Assembly: GCA_964615415.1 (NCBI GenBank)
Contig: CAZTNI010000001.1
Location: forward strand, 112,746-176,745
Length of the DNA stretch: 64,000 nt
Source: an uncultured Candidatus Saccharibacteria bacterium
GTDB taxonomy: Bacteria; Patescibacteriota; Minisyncoccia; Phycocordibacterales; SBAW01
Direction: 5' to 3'
Part shown: positions 1 to 9,719 of the stretch, piece by piece
Layout: every line of letters begins with the position of its first letter
Numbering within the stretch: the first letter of the stretch is position 1
Notes under the pieces: model-generated
Told to the model about the DNA's origin: nothing
The model's input: the letters and a program-made list of their open reading frames with translations, nothing else
Database searches by the model: none
Made by a program: the position numbers and the translations under genes

Positions 1-384
1 AGCCAAATCCTCCTCTTGGCTCATGTGTTCCTTGCAGGTACGAGCAGCGGGATTTGCTTGGAGGCGCTCTTCTTCAATCGGCTCTCCAGAAATCTCGCAG
101 GTACCATACGTCCCTTCCTCTATCTTTGCAAGTGCCGCTTTGATTTCTTTGTGGCGTGCTTCAAGAGCGTCTGTCACTATATTGTTTTGTGTAAGCTCTT
201 CAATCTGATCTGCGGCTTCGTTCGGGTCGGCAAGTGGACTGAGGGTGTCGATACCGCCTGGAGTAGCGTCCCAATTTTCTGCTTGTGTCGGGTCTTTCTT
301 GGCAATATTGGAAAGTTCGCGTTCTATCTCTGTTGCTTCTGCCTCGAGCTTGTTTTTAAAGTGTGCAATCTGGTCGCTATTCAT
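1..384 (-). CDS. DksA/TraR-family zinc-finger protein (partial; continues past the window start)
   Basis: Minus-strand ATG at 384 translates to MNSDQIAHFKNKLEAEATEIERELSNI...GTYGTCEISGEPIEEERLQANPAARTCKEH, a DksA/TraR-like coiled-coil plus C-terminal Cys motif. No stop inside the window, so it is absent from the ORF track. Confidence 0.5.
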   Translation of the reverse strand, partial: MNSDQIAHFKNKLEAEATEIERELSNIAKKDPTQAENWDATPGGIDTLSPLADPNEAADQIEELTQNNIVTDALEARHKEIKAALAKIEEGTYGTCEISGEPIEEERLQANPAARTCKEHMSQEEDLA

Positions 385-393
385 ACCCTAATA

Positions 394-1584
394 CTACGGT
401 ACAAGCGGTATATCCGTAAAGCGGGTAATAATCTCAAGCAGGGTATGATTATTGGTCGTAATGACGACGGTCTCTCGGTCGAGGAAGGTCCAAAGGAACA
501 AAATGTCTCCAAATTGGTTTTGTACAACGCGGGCGTCACGATTTTCTACAACCTGGTCAGAAAAAGTAGTTTGCAGTACTTGTACAGGTGGCGTTGTGGT
601 TGCTGCCACTCCCCCCGCTCGCACGCTCGGGGTGCGGTTAAAGAGCGGCAAGAGGTCGTTATACATCGTGCGTTCCCAGGCAAGCATACCTGCGTAGCCA
701 GTCGCAAAGGAATCAACTTTAAAAATCAAAAATGCTTGGTTTTCATCAAATGAGTGGATGCCGAGTGTGTAGTATGTTGGATCGATTGAGCGCACAAGCT
801 CTCCCGGGACAGAGGGCGCAAGAAGCGAAAGGAGTGTGGGCAGAGTTACCAGTTGTGGCGCAGTGTCGGCTGAAGCGGCAGGCGTTGCTATATACAGTCG
901 TCCCATGAGGCCAAGCGACAGTGCAACATTTGTACGTGCGGTAAGCAACAGACTCATCACCGACTCTCGAGTGCGCGCAGTAGGTGGTAGTTCTATAAGC
1001 TGCGTCTTATCCACAAAAATAAACGGCGCTTGTGGATTGTCGGCAATGCGGGTTGTGGGAGTTGTTTGGGTTAAGAGTGCATACGCTACTGCGCCTCCTG
1101 CGCCAAGGAGCAACACTACCCCGAGTCCGATCATGCTCAGTTTTTTAAAAGAGCTTCCCTTTTGTTGCGGTGGTTCTGTTTCGGGTGTTGGTGTTGCCGC
1201 ACGTCGGTCTGCCTCTGCTGCTGCAATATGAGTAAGAGACACATTCTTGTGTTCCACTAACTGCTCTACGTCGCCTTGGTATGTCTTAAGCGGCACTACA
1301 AGTTCCGGCTCTTTTTTAGGAACGGCAGGAGTAGGCACAGGCACCGAAGCCCCCTCCTCTTTTTTAGGAAGTAGGGTCGCGTTCGTTTCTTGTTCAAGGA
1401 GTACGCTGGCGTTTACGCGTTGCGCACTTGCAGGGGAATGAATTTCTTTTTTGGGCAGCAGAATACTATCAATATCCACCTGCGCTTTAGAGGGAGGTGT
1501 TCCAGCAGGCTTATTCTCGGGGAGGTCTTTGGGTTCTTGGGGTTGCGGAGGCATTGCTTGGTTTGAGACCCTTGCGTGCTGCAA
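394..1584 (-). CDS. Hypothetical Pro/Thr-rich membrane-anchored protein
   Basis: 396-aa ORF with one hydrophobic segment (MIGLGVVLLLGAGGAVAYALL) and a low-complexity N-terminus. Overlaps the 3' end of pnp by 73 nt, so the true start may be an internal Met. Confidence 0.4.
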   Translation of the reverse strand: MQHARVSNQAMPPQPQEPKDLPENKPAGTPPSKAQVDIDSILLPKKEIHSPASAQRVNASVLLEQETNATLLPKKEEGASVPVPTPAVPKKEPELVVPLKTYQGDVEQLVEHKNVSLTHIAAAEADRRAATPTPETEPPQQKGSSFKKLSMIGLGVVLLLGAGGAVAYALLTQTTPTTRIADNPQAPFIFVDKTQLIELPPTARTRESVMSLLLTARTNVALSLGLMGRLYIATPAASADTAPQLVTLPTLLSLLAPSVPGELVRSIDPTYYTLGIHSFDENQAFLIFKVDSFATGYAGMLAWERTMYNDLLPLFNRTPSVRAGGVAATTTPPVQVLQTTFSDQVVENRDARVVQNQFGDILFLWTFLDRETVVITTNNHTLLEIITRFTDIPLVP

Positions 1585-3679
1585 AGTCCGGGTCGATCGC
1601 TTTGATAGAAAGGTTTATGCGACCTTTCTCGTCGATCTCTTTAATTATAACCCGCACCTTTTCCCCTACCGTGAGAGCGTCACCTACTTTTTCAATCCTA
1701 AATGGTGCGACTTCAGATACGTGAACCAATCCTTCTGCATCTTTGCCAGGACCAATGCGCACAAATGCACCGAAGTCCATCATGCGAGTTACTTCTCCGT
1801 CGTATGTCTCCCCTGCTTTGTACTCTTTCACAAGAGCTTCGATCATGGCTTTTGCCATCTGTGCTGCGCCGTTTTTACCGGTGATAAAGATAGAACCGTC
1901 GTCGTCGATCGTGATGTCGTCAACTTCAGACACATCCTTAATGCCGTTAATAGTTTTTCCACCGCCGCCAATAACGAGACCAATTTGGTCCGGCTTTACC
2001 TTCATGGTCACAATTTCTGGCGCACGAGGTGAGATAGTTTGGCGTGGTTGTGCGATCTCTTTTTCAATAACGTCCAAAATTTGTAACCGTGCTGTGCGGG
2101 CGCCTGCAAGTGCTTCGGTCAAAATCGCAACTGGAATGCCATCGAGTTTAATATCAAGTTGAATCGCGGTAATACCTTCGCGGGTACCGGCAACTTTAAA
2201 GTCCATGCCGCCAAATTCGTCTTCAGGACCTTGTATGTCGGTAAGCACTTTGTATCCTCCCCCGTGTGTCATGAGGCCCATCGCAATGCCGGCAACGGGA
2301 CGCTTAATCGGCACGCCGCCGTCCATGAGTGCAAGTGTTGATGCACAGACTGAACCCATCGAGGTTGAGCCGTTTGATGCGAAACACTCCGACACCAAGC
2401 GAATGGTGTATGGAAACTTGTCTTTGTCTGGAATAACTGCGACGAGTGCTTTTTCTGCAAGTGCACCGTGGCCAATTGCGCGACGGTTTTGTCCACCAAC
2501 GCGGCCGGTCTCGCCTGCAGAAAATGGTGGGAAGTTGTAGTGGTGCATGAAGCGCTTTTCTTCATCATGTGCTTCCATAGTGTCGACAATCTGTGAGTCG
2601 CCAGGGCCGCCTAACGTAAGAGCGGTAAACACGTGTGTACCGCCGCGGTAAAAGATGCCTGAGCCGTGGAGGATGTCAGAAATCCCTCCTGCTTTTGCAT
2701 AGAGCGGACGTAGCTGGTCAAACGCGCGGTTGTCAGCACGTTTGTTTTCTTCGACTGCGCCACGATGAATTTCTTCATCCACCTTGTCTTCAAGAAAACG
2801 CTTTACTAAGCCCGGATTAATTTCCTTGAGTGTTTCGTCTGCTTCGACGCGAGTTTTCCACTCTTTTTGCACAGCGTGGATAGCATCCTTACCTGGAGTG
2901 CCACAAAAGACCGCGTCTTTTACTTTTTGTGCGAACTCCGCTTCGAAGAGTGCGGTAAGTGCAGCAGGAACCTCTGGTTTTTCTGCAGACAATTTCGGCT
3001 TCCCGATCGTGCGAACAATATCGTTCTGCCAGGCAATAATTTTGTTGTGTTCCTCGACAGCGCGTGCAAGACCGCTCGCAACTTCGTCTTCATTGGCTTC
3101 GTTTGCAGCAACTTCGACCATGTTGATCGTGTTGTCTTTACCGCAGGCAAGAATGTCGAGTGTTGCGGTCTCGCGCTGTTTGTATGTTGGGTTGATGACG
3201 CTCTCTCCGCCTACGTTACCGATACGAACGCCGGCAACTGGTCCATGCCATGGAATGCTCGACGTCGCGAGTGCGAGTGATGCTGCATTCACTGCAACAG
3301 AGTCAGGATCTTCTTCGTCGAGTGCAAGTACAGTAATAATGACCTGCACTTCGTTGCGGATATGTTGTGGGAATAACGGGCGGATCGTACGGTCGACAAC
3401 GCGGCCCGAAAGTGTTGCTTGTTCGCTCGGGCGACCTTCGCGCTTAATAAAGCGGCTGCCTAAAATTTTTCCTGCAGCGTAAAAGCGTTCTTCGTAATCG
3501 ACAGTGAGTGGAAAGTAGTCAATATCGTCACGCGTTTTCTCGCTCATGACTGCGGTCGCAAGCACGGCGGTGTTGCCGTAGCGCAAAATAACCGAGCCGT
3601 TTGCATTCTCTGCAAGGTCGGTAAATTCTGCTATTAATTTTTTGCCGCCAACTTCTGTCTCAAACTTTTGTACGTTCAT
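1511..3679 (-). CDS. pnp: Polyribonucleotide nucleotidyltransferase (PNPase)
   Basis: 722 aa with two RNase PH domains plus KH and S1 domains. Typical motifs and the rpsO-pnp gene order are present. Confidence 0.95.
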   Translation of the reverse strand: MNVQKFETEVGGKKLIAEFTDLAENANGSVILRYGNTAVLATAVMSEKTRDDIDYFPLTVDYEERFYAAGKILGSRFIKREGRPSEQATLSGRVVDRTIRPLFPQHIRNEVQVIITVLALDEEDPDSVAVNAASLALATSSIPWHGPVAGVRIGNVGGESVINPTYKQRETATLDILACGKDNTINMVEVAANEANEDEVASGLARAVEEHNKIIAWQNDIVRTIGKPKLSAEKPEVPAALTALFEAEFAQKVKDAVFCGTPGKDAIHAVQKEWKTRVEADETLKEINPGLVKRFLEDKVDEEIHRGAVEENKRADNRAFDQLRPLYAKAGGISDILHGSGIFYRGGTHVFTALTLGGPGDSQIVDTMEAHDEEKRFMHHYNFPPFSAGETGRVGGQNRRAIGHGALAEKALVAVIPDKDKFPYTIRLVSECFASNGSTSMGSVCASTLALMDGGVPIKRPVAGIAMGLMTHGGGYKVLTDIQGPEDEFGGMDFKVAGTREGITAIQLDIKLDGIPVAILTEALAGARTARLQILDVIEKEIAQPRQTISPRAPEIVTMKVKPDQIGLVIGGGGKTINGIKDVSEVDDITIDDDGSIFITGKNGAAQMAKAMIEALVKEYKAGETYDGEVTRMMDFGAFVRIGPGKDAEGLVHVSEVAPFRIEKVGDALTVGEKVRVIIKEIDEKGRINLSIKAIDPDFAARKGLKPSNASATPRTQRPPRE

Positions 3680-3740
3680 TTCCTAGACTCTACCAAAAAT
3701 GCCCCTTCCCTACTAGCTTTTTCGGGTGCAAAAGAGTAAC

Positions 3741-3770
3741 TTGACATTTGTCTATTAAATATGGTATAAT
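3741..3770 (+). promoter_or_regulatory. sigma70-like promoter (TTGACA-18 nt-TGgTATAAT)
   Basis: TTGACA at 3741-3746 and an extended -10 TGgTATAAT ending at 3770, about 35 nt upstream of the 3807 ORF. Confidence 0.5.
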
Positions 3771-3806
3771 TAATACGGTAATTGAAATCAGCTCTTAGGA
3801 GTTTGC

Positions 3807-4220
3807 ATGACTCTAAAAAAGTATCTTGTTCTTAAGTGGAGCACGCTTGGCGTTGCTGCGCTGGTGATCGGGGTGGTGTGGGTTTTTCTTCCTCACCTAC
3901 TCATTACTGTTTTCGATTTCAACACCGTATGGCTCGGAGCCATCTGGAGTTGGATCGAGCCGGTACTGCCGAGCGAGGCTTCTGTGCCCATTAATGCGGT
4001 GCAGACGATCTACGCGAGTTTGATCGCTACAATCCACGGCATCTCCTCGCTGCTCTCCGACCACATGGCAGCACAAGTTGAGGCGGCTGCCCGGGGCTTC
4101 CTCGGTGAAGGATGGATTGTGGTAGTGCAACTTGCCATCGTGCTCCGCGTCCTCTGGCTTCTCCTCGTTGCCCTCTTCAGGCGTCGCGAGTATCCAGAAG
4201 TCGGACTTGTTCGACATTAA
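3807..4220 (+). CDS. Hypothetical membrane protein
   Basis: 137 aa with several hydrophobic helices, preceded by a consensus promoter. Confidence 0.5.
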   Translation: MTLKKYLVLKWSTLGVAALVIGVVWVFLPHLLITVFDFNTVWLGAIWSWIEPVLPSEASVPINAVQTIYASLIATIHGISSLLSDHMAAQVEAAARGFLGEGWIVVVQLAIVLRVLWLLLVALFRRREYPEVGLVRH

Positions 4221-4224
4221 CAAT

Positions 4225-4262
4225 CGCCGCGACCTATTGTAGGTCGCGGCGATTTCTTTTTG
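4225..4262 (+). terminator. Intrinsic terminator (stem cgccgcgacc / ggtcgcggcg plus T-run)
   Basis: GC-rich perfect hairpin followed by tttctttttg, immediately after the stop codon at 4220. Confidence 0.6.
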
Positions 4263-4317
4263 ACACAAATTGCTCTGGTGTGTATGTTTTGTATAGAGCA
4301 AAGAAAGAGGTTCTCCA

Positions 4318-4833
4318 GTGTGGAACAAGATAGAACGGATTAGTCGCAGGTTGCGCATAAGTAGCGTGTTTTGGAGCCTTGTGCTTCCACTGCTGATGTG
4401 TTTTCGACCAAGTCAAGCAATTAAATGTCGCCTTGCGCAAGATCTTGGAAACGGGCGATACAAGATTTTCGATACAGGAGAAGAATTCTCGGGACAACTT
4501 CCAGATGGTGTTGTCTGGGATGACTCTCGGTTGCGTCAAAAAGGTGTTGGCCCCGACGAAAAGTCGTTTTGTGTGTCGACCCCCGCTGGTTCGTGGTTCA
4601 TTGATGGGCGCGCGTCAAATTGTAGGAAGGCGCATACCGAACCTTATAATAATTGCTGGGTGCGCACAGGCTCAGTTGAAGATGGAACCCTCCATGTTGC
4701 GACAGCTTGTAGCGGCAACTGCTATGTTGGGTCGGGTTCAATCAAAACAAGGACCTTTCATGGTTTTTTACGACACGGCCACCTAATCCGTGTTGGAGGT
4801 AAACAACTTAAAAACCGCCGCGACCTATTGTAG
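4318..4833 (+). CDS. Hypothetical secreted cysteine-rich protein
   Basis: 171 aa with an N-terminal hydrophobic signal-like segment and six Cys. The stop codon lies in the loop of the downstream hairpin. Confidence 0.35.
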   Translation: MWNKIERISRRLRISSVFWSLVLPLLMCFRPSQAIKCRLAQDLGNGRYKIFDTGEEFSGQLPDGVVWDDSRLRQKGVGPDEKSFCVSTPAGSWFIDGRASNCRKAHTEPYNNCWVRTGSVEDGTLHVATACSGNCYVGSGSIKTRTFHGFLRHGHLIRVGGKQLKNRRDLL

Positions 4834-4852
4834 GTCGCGGCGGTTTCTTATT
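4811..4852. terminator. Bidirectional intrinsic terminator, same hairpin sequence as 4225-4262
   Basis: aaaaccgccgcgacc-tattgt-aggtcgcggcggtttctt. A-run upstream and T-run downstream; it sits between convergent genes. Confidence 0.6.
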
Positions 4853-4855
4853 CTT

Positions 4856-5491
4856 TTACTCTTCGCCCGACATTTTTATTGCCGGATCTTCACTGTCGTT
4901 ACTCTCCCCTTTCTCTGGCGGTTCAGGCATCTCGGGTTCTGGCGCGGCACTAAATCCAGGGATAGAAAATCCTTTTCCTCCGCCGCGGCCAATAAGATAG
5001 GTTCGTGGGTTGTCAGACATATCAATAAAATCATCTGCAGCTTCTTTTAGTACGCCTGCAGCGGACTTTCCAAAGGCAATAACTTCCACTTGGCAGCCCT
5101 GCGAGTAGCGCAAGTATTCAACAAGCGGTTCAAAGTCGCCGTCTCCGGTTGCAAGGACGATGGTGTCGAGCTTTTCAGACATGGCGATAGCGTCGATGGC
5201 CATACCGATGTCCCAGTCTGCTTTTTTAGCGCCGCCAGCAAAGACGCGAATGTCCTTCACCTTTGTTTCGATGCCGAGTTTGTTAAGCGCTTCAAAGAAG
5301 CCTTTTTCCTCCTCGGACTCGGTGCGGATAACGTATGCAACGGCGCGAATAAGTTGGCGCCCCGCGAGCGCTTCTTTAACGACGTTGCCAAAGTTTACCT
5401 TTGCGCGATAGAGATTTTTTGCGCTGTGGTAGAGGTTTTGCGTGTCAATAAAAATGCCGACACGCTGGCTTTTATGCTTAATGATAGCCAT
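4856..5491 (-). CDS. NYN-domain (LabA-like) protein
   Basis: 211 aa, MAIIKHKSQRVGIFIDTQNLYHSAKN...LATGDGDF, typical of the NYN/LabA nuclease fold. Confidence 0.75.
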   Translation of the reverse strand: MAIIKHKSQRVGIFIDTQNLYHSAKNLYRAKVNFGNVVKEALAGRQLIRAVAYVIRTESEEEKGFFEALNKLGIETKVKDIRVFAGGAKKADWDIGMAIDAIAMSEKLDTIVLATGDGDFEPLVEYLRYSQGCQVEVIAFGKSAAGVLKEAADDFIDMSDNPRTYLIGRGGGKGFSIPGFSAAPEPEMPEPPEKGESNDSEDPAIKMSGEE

Positions 5492-5623
5492 GAAAACTAA
5501 GAACTAAAAACTTTATAAAAATACTTCTGCTGACAAAAAACAAAAATAGGCTGTACCCTACTTTAGTATATACCACGTACAACTGGTGAAAGTATTACCA
5601 GGTGTCTAAAAAGAAAACGACCC

Positions 5624-5890
5624 TTATTTTTTAAGGCTCAATTTCTTAACAATTGCGTTGTAACGCTTCTTGTCTTTGCCCTCGAGATACTTCAGGTGGG
5701 TGCGGCGGTCTGCAACCATCTGAAGAAGACCACGGCGAGAGTGTTTGTCCTTGTCGTGCTTCTTAAGGTGAGTAGTAAGCTCGTCGATGCGCTTCGTTAA
5801 AATAGCGATTTGCACCTCAGGAGAGCCGCTATCCGTATCATGGATCGCGACTTCTTTAATAACCTTCTCCTTTTTGCGCTTTGTCAGCAT
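5624..5890 (-). CDS. rpsO: 30S ribosomal protein S15
   Basis: 88 aa, conserved S15 sequence, located upstream of pnp. Confidence 0.95.
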   Translation of the reverse strand: MLTKRKKEKVIKEVAIHDTDSGSPEVQIAILTKRIDELTTHLKKHDKDKHSRRGLLQMVADRRTHLKYLEGKDKKRYNAIVKKLSLKK

Positions 5891-6019
5891 GGCACCATCG
5901 TAGCACAGCTATTAAGCTTTTGCAAGTCCTCCCTTTAGGGGCCTTGTTTTAAGCGGAAACCGGGGTATAGTGCCAGCGGTTTAAGGTACATAGATCGTTC
6001 CTCATACAATAGGTGTCCT

Positions 6020-7057
6020 ATGAAAGCTTCCGAAGTGCTTACGCACTACTTCCCTTCTGTTGAGATGGCGATTGTTGAGCCATTTGGCGACGGGCTCGTA
6101 AACGAAACGTATCGTGTGCGCGTTCCGAGTCCAATTGGTGAGCAGTCCTACATCTTACAAAGAATGAATCCTGCTTTCTCTCCCCTTCTTATGGAAGATA
6201 TTGATGCAGTGTCCTCGCATTTGCTTAGTAAAGGAGTGGGAGTTCCTCAAGTAGTTCGCTCCTTGAATGGGTCGTTGTACGTGCAAGATGGAAAAAACTG
6301 GTGGCGCATGCTTACGTTTGTTCCTGGGACTACACATGTTGTTGCCGCCGAGCAAAGCCATATATATGAAGCTGGAAGGTTAGCAGGCCAAGCGCATGCA
6401 GCACTGAGTGATTTCTCGCGTGTGTTTCTCCACGTCTTGCCTGGTTTCCACGATACAGACGGGGTTATGTCGAAGCTGGATATAATGCTCAAGCGGGAAG
6501 CGGCTTCGTCAAAGTATAAGGTGCTGGGGCCGCTTGGGTTAGCTATCCTTTCTGCCTTGGAGAGTCTGCCCCGCGTTGCAGGTGTCCCTATCCGTGTTAT
6601 CCATGGCGATCTGAAGCTCGCTAATATTCGCTTCGATGAAAGTGGCTCGCGAGCGATTGCATTGCTAGACCTCGACACATTCATGCGAGCGCCCGTTGCT
6701 ATTGAACTTGGCGATGCGCTGCGCAGCTGGTGTGCGAATAAAAACGAAGATGATGCGTCCATCAGTTTCAACCTCGACTTGTATAAAGCAGCTCTCGAAG
6801 GATACGCCTCCTTTGCATCCTTCATGGAATGGGAAGAGTGGCGCTCTATTCCTGTCGGCATAGCGCAGATCACGCTTGAGCTCGCAGCGCGGTACATCAT
6901 TGATGCGTTTGAAGAGTCGTATTTCAGATATGATTCTTCAAAATATGCCTCGCTGTTTGAACACAATCTTGCAAGAGCTCGTGCGCAACACTTGCTCTAT
7001 CTCGATCTGTGGGCAAAACGTGACAAGCTTTTTTCTTTGCTCCCTATCCCCGGCTAA
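6020..7057 (+). CDS. Phosphotransferase-family protein (APH / kinase-like fold)
   Basis: Catalytic loop HGDLKLANI and LLDLDT motifs of the aminoglycoside phosphotransferase / protein-kinase-like superfamily. Confidence 0.7.
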   Translation: MKASEVLTHYFPSVEMAIVEPFGDGLVNETYRVRVPSPIGEQSYILQRMNPAFSPLLMEDIDAVSSHLLSKGVGVPQVVRSLNGSLYVQDGKNWWRMLTFVPGTTHVVAAEQSHIYEAGRLAGQAHAALSDFSRVFLHVLPGFHDTDGVMSKLDIMLKREAASSKYKVLGPLGLAILSALESLPRVAGVPIRVIHGDLKLANIRFDESGSRAIALLDLDTFMRAPVAIELGDALRSWCANKNEDDASISFNLDLYKAALEGYASFASFMEWEEWRSIPVGIAQITLELAARYIIDAFEESYFRYDSSKYASLFEHNLARARAQHLLYLDLWAKRDKLFSLLPIPG

Positions 7058-7114
7058 CACCGGGGCTTCTTTTTATATAGGTCGCACAATATCGCGTTAC
7101 AATAGTGTGTACGT

Positions 7115-8026
7115 ATGGCTCAAAACCAGCTCCTTAACCTAAAGACCGAGTTTTTGGAGTATCTCGAGATCGAAAAAGGCCGCAGTATTAAGACGGTTGA
7201 GAATTATGACCGCTATATTACGCGGTTTATAGCTTTTGCGAAGATTTCTGCTCCAAAACATATAGAAGAGCGCACGGTACGCGAGTTCCGCCTCCACTTA
7301 AACCGTCAACCAGGCACCTCGAGCACGATGAAGCACAAGACGCAGAACTATTACATGATCTCGATCCGCGCGTTTTTAAAGTTTTTGCGCAAACGCGGCA
7401 TAGAATCCCTTAATCCTGAACGTATTGAGCTTGCAAAGGTGGGCGCACGCGACTTGGACCTTATTTCTTCGCAAGAACTCGATCGCCTGATGCAAGGACC
7501 AAAAGGCACTACGCTACGCGCCTTGCGCGACAAGGCAATAATGGAGCTGCTTTTCTCAACAGGTCTGCGCGTGTCTGAGCTTTGTTCGCTTAACCGCGAC
7601 TTAGACCTCTCGCGCGATGAATTTTCTATACGTGGTAAGGGTGAAAAGGTGCGGGTAGTGTTTTTGTCGACAGAGGCAAAGGCTGCAATTAAAGCCTACT
7701 TAGACAAACGCGGTGATGTTGATGAAGCGCTTTTTATACAAATGGGCAAAGCGTCTAAAAATGCGCATGAACTACGTCTTACTCCCCGCTCGGTGGAGCG
7801 TCTTATTAAACAGTATGCAATTAAAGCGGGCATTACGCGCAAAGTAACGCCGCACGTTATCCGCCACTCGTTTGCAACGGATCTTTTGGAAAACGGTGCC
7901 GACTTACGCTCCGTGCAAGCCTTGCTTGGCCACGCAAACATAGCGACAACACAGGTCTACACCCACATTACCGACAAACACCTGCGCGAAATCCATAAAA
8001 AATTCCACGGCCAGAGAAGGAAGTAA
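7115..8026 (+). CDS. xerC: Tyrosine recombinase XerC/XerD family
   Basis: 303 aa with the C-terminal catalytic motifs R...HxxR...Y (RHSFATDLLENGADLRSVQALLGHANIATTQVYTH). Confidence 0.9.
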   Translation: MAQNQLLNLKTEFLEYLEIEKGRSIKTVENYDRYITRFIAFAKISAPKHIEERTVREFRLHLNRQPGTSSTMKHKTQNYYMISIRAFLKFLRKRGIESLNPERIELAKVGARDLDLISSQELDRLMQGPKGTTLRALRDKAIMELLFSTGLRVSELCSLNRDLDLSRDEFSIRGKGEKVRVVFLSTEAKAAIKAYLDKRGDVDEALFIQMGKASKNAHELRLTPRSVERLIKQYAIKAGITRKVTPHVIRHSFATDLLENGADLRSVQALLGHANIATTQVYTHITDKHLREIHKKFHGQRRK

Positions 8027-8037
8027 AAGAAAAAGCC

Positions 8038-8367
8038 TCAGGATTGCTGAGGCCTCGAGTTCTTCTTCTTTGTTGCGGCAACAAGGTCTGCGACAGCTTG
8101 CGGATCTGTTTTAATCATGGAAACTAACAACCGCATCTTAGTTGAAGGCTTGATGCCTCGGGCTAGCTCAGCGGTGTGAATCTCAGCCGTGGATATGTCG
8201 TATTGTGCTGAGAATTCCTCCACTGACATACCTAATTGTTGCCGAAGTTCACGCAGTTCGTCCGCAAATTCCTGTGTTGGAAGCTTTTCTGTTTGTTTGA
8301 ACTCCAGAGCAGCTTCCTCCACCATGCGGAGTATTCGCTCCTCGATAGGTTCTCTAGGGTCTTCCAT
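8038..8367 (-). CDS. Hypothetical protein with HTH-like segment
   Basis: 109 aa, acidic N-terminus, helix-turn-helix-like LGMSVEEFSAQYDISTAEIHTAE. Confidence 0.45.
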   Translation of the reverse strand: MEDPREPIEERILRMVEEAALEFKQTEKLPTQEFADELRELRQQLGMSVEEFSAQYDISTAEIHTAELARGIKPSTKMRLLVSMIKTDPQAVADLVAATKKKNSRPQQS

Positions 8368-8410
8368 TCTTCACCTCCTGGCGTCTACCCTACCATGGTA
8401 TTCTGATCGC

Positions 8411-9202
8411 ATGAAACTAATCTCCTGGAATGTTAATGGGATCCGGGCGGTACATAAGAAGGGGCTTTTTGTGCCTTTTGTTAAGAAATACAACCCAGAT
8501 ATCATTTGTTTACAGGAAACAAAGGCCGAACAGGGCCAAAGTGAGGTGGATTTGCCAGAGTACGAAGAGTTTTGGAACTCTGCGGAAAAGAAGGGCTACA
8601 GCGGCACTGCTATCTTTACCAAGGTCAAACCAAAGAGCGTTTTCTTAGGTCTACCAGCCGACATAACTAGTAAACACAAGCTTTCTGACGATGGGTACGG
8701 TGACCCGGCAAAGGAGGGCCGGGTTGTTGCGGCAGAGTTTGACAACTACTTTGTGGTCACGGTTTATACCCCCAATGCTAAGGACGACCTTTCCCGGGTG
8801 AAGCTCCGCCACAAACAGTGGGACCCGGCCTTTTTGGAGTACGTGCAGCGGTTAGAGGAAAAGAAGCCGGTCATCTTTTGTGGCGACCTTAATGTTGCTC
8901 ATACGCCGGACGACCTCGCGCGACCTAAGGAGAACGTTGGTAAGAAGGGTTTTACCGACGAAGAGCGCGAAGGCATAGAAAACATTGTAAATGCTGGTTT
9001 TATTGATACTTTTCGCCTGTTTACCCAAGGAAATGGCCACTATACGTGGTGGAGCCACTTTGCGAACGCTCGTGCACGGAACGTCGGTTGGCGTATAGAC
9101 TACTTTTTTGTATCAAAAGCGTTGAAAAATAAGGTTAAAAAGGCAGAAATCCTTCCAGAAGTCGTTGGTTCCGATCACTGCCCTGTATTGCTAGAGCTAT
9201 AA
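8411..9202 (+). CDS. xth: Exodeoxyribonuclease III (AP endonuclease)
   Basis: MKLISWNVNGIRA...GSDHCP. The ORF-track start at 8189 is an extension overlapping the opposite-strand gene, so the ATG at 8411 was used. Confidence 0.9.
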   Translation: MKLISWNVNGIRAVHKKGLFVPFVKKYNPDIICLQETKAEQGQSEVDLPEYEEFWNSAEKKGYSGTAIFTKVKPKSVFLGLPADITSKHKLSDDGYGDPAKEGRVVAAEFDNYFVVTVYTPNAKDDLSRVKLRHKQWDPAFLEYVQRLEEKKPVIFCGDLNVAHTPDDLARPKENVGKKGFTDEEREGIENIVNAGFIDTFRLFTQGNGHYTWWSHFANARARNVGWRIDYFFVSKALKNKVKKAEILPEVVGSDHCPVLLEL

Positions 9203-9206
9203 GCAT

Positions 9207-9280
9207 AGAGACTGCAAGAATCTCCTTTGCTCCGGAGAGATATACCTCACTCCTGCACAAAGGAGATTCTTGCAGTCTCT
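9207..9280. repeat. Perfect 23-bp inverted repeat with 28-nt loop, followed by a T-run
   Basis: agagactgcaagaatctcctttg ... caaaggagattcttgcagtctct. The loop contains the palindrome ctccggag. 3' of xth. Confidence 0.8.
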
Positions 9281-9719
9281 CGGACCACACTATTTTTAAG
9301 AGGAGTGTTTACTCTGCTCCATTGATTTCATTTTTTGGGTACAAAAAACCCCTCGCGTTCTAGGAGTATGTTGCGAGGGGTTCGGACCCATTACCTATTC
9401 AGAGACTCTTTCGAAAGAACTAATGACCTAACGAACTCGAACTGTTGGGTGGAAGCGTAATACCTCTTTCCCAAAAATATTTAGACTAGTGTAGATATAC
9501 GTACACGTCCAACGTTATGAAGGGGTCTGTGAATATGGTCCAGCCGTAGCTATCGGCTTTGTGAACGGAAAGAACTATGTTGTATTGATCTTTGATACAG
9601 GGTACAAAATCAAACTCAATACGTTATCCGATATTGATAGTACGTGTCCTTTAAAAAAGAGTAAAGGACATTAAAGACAATTTATGTGGATAAGTTGCAA
9701 GTACACTGAAAAAACCTTG

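Noticed and set aside
16-753. 245-aa plus-strand ORF at the window start
   Set aside because: No recognisable motifs. It overlaps two better-supported minus-strand genes, the DksA/TraR-like gene at 1-384 and the start of 394-1584. It is probably a chance ORF.
4318-4833. The idea that the Cys-rich ORF is a toxin of a TA pair
   Set aside because: There is no partner small ORF. The gene is isolated between terminators, so there is no evidence beyond its small size.
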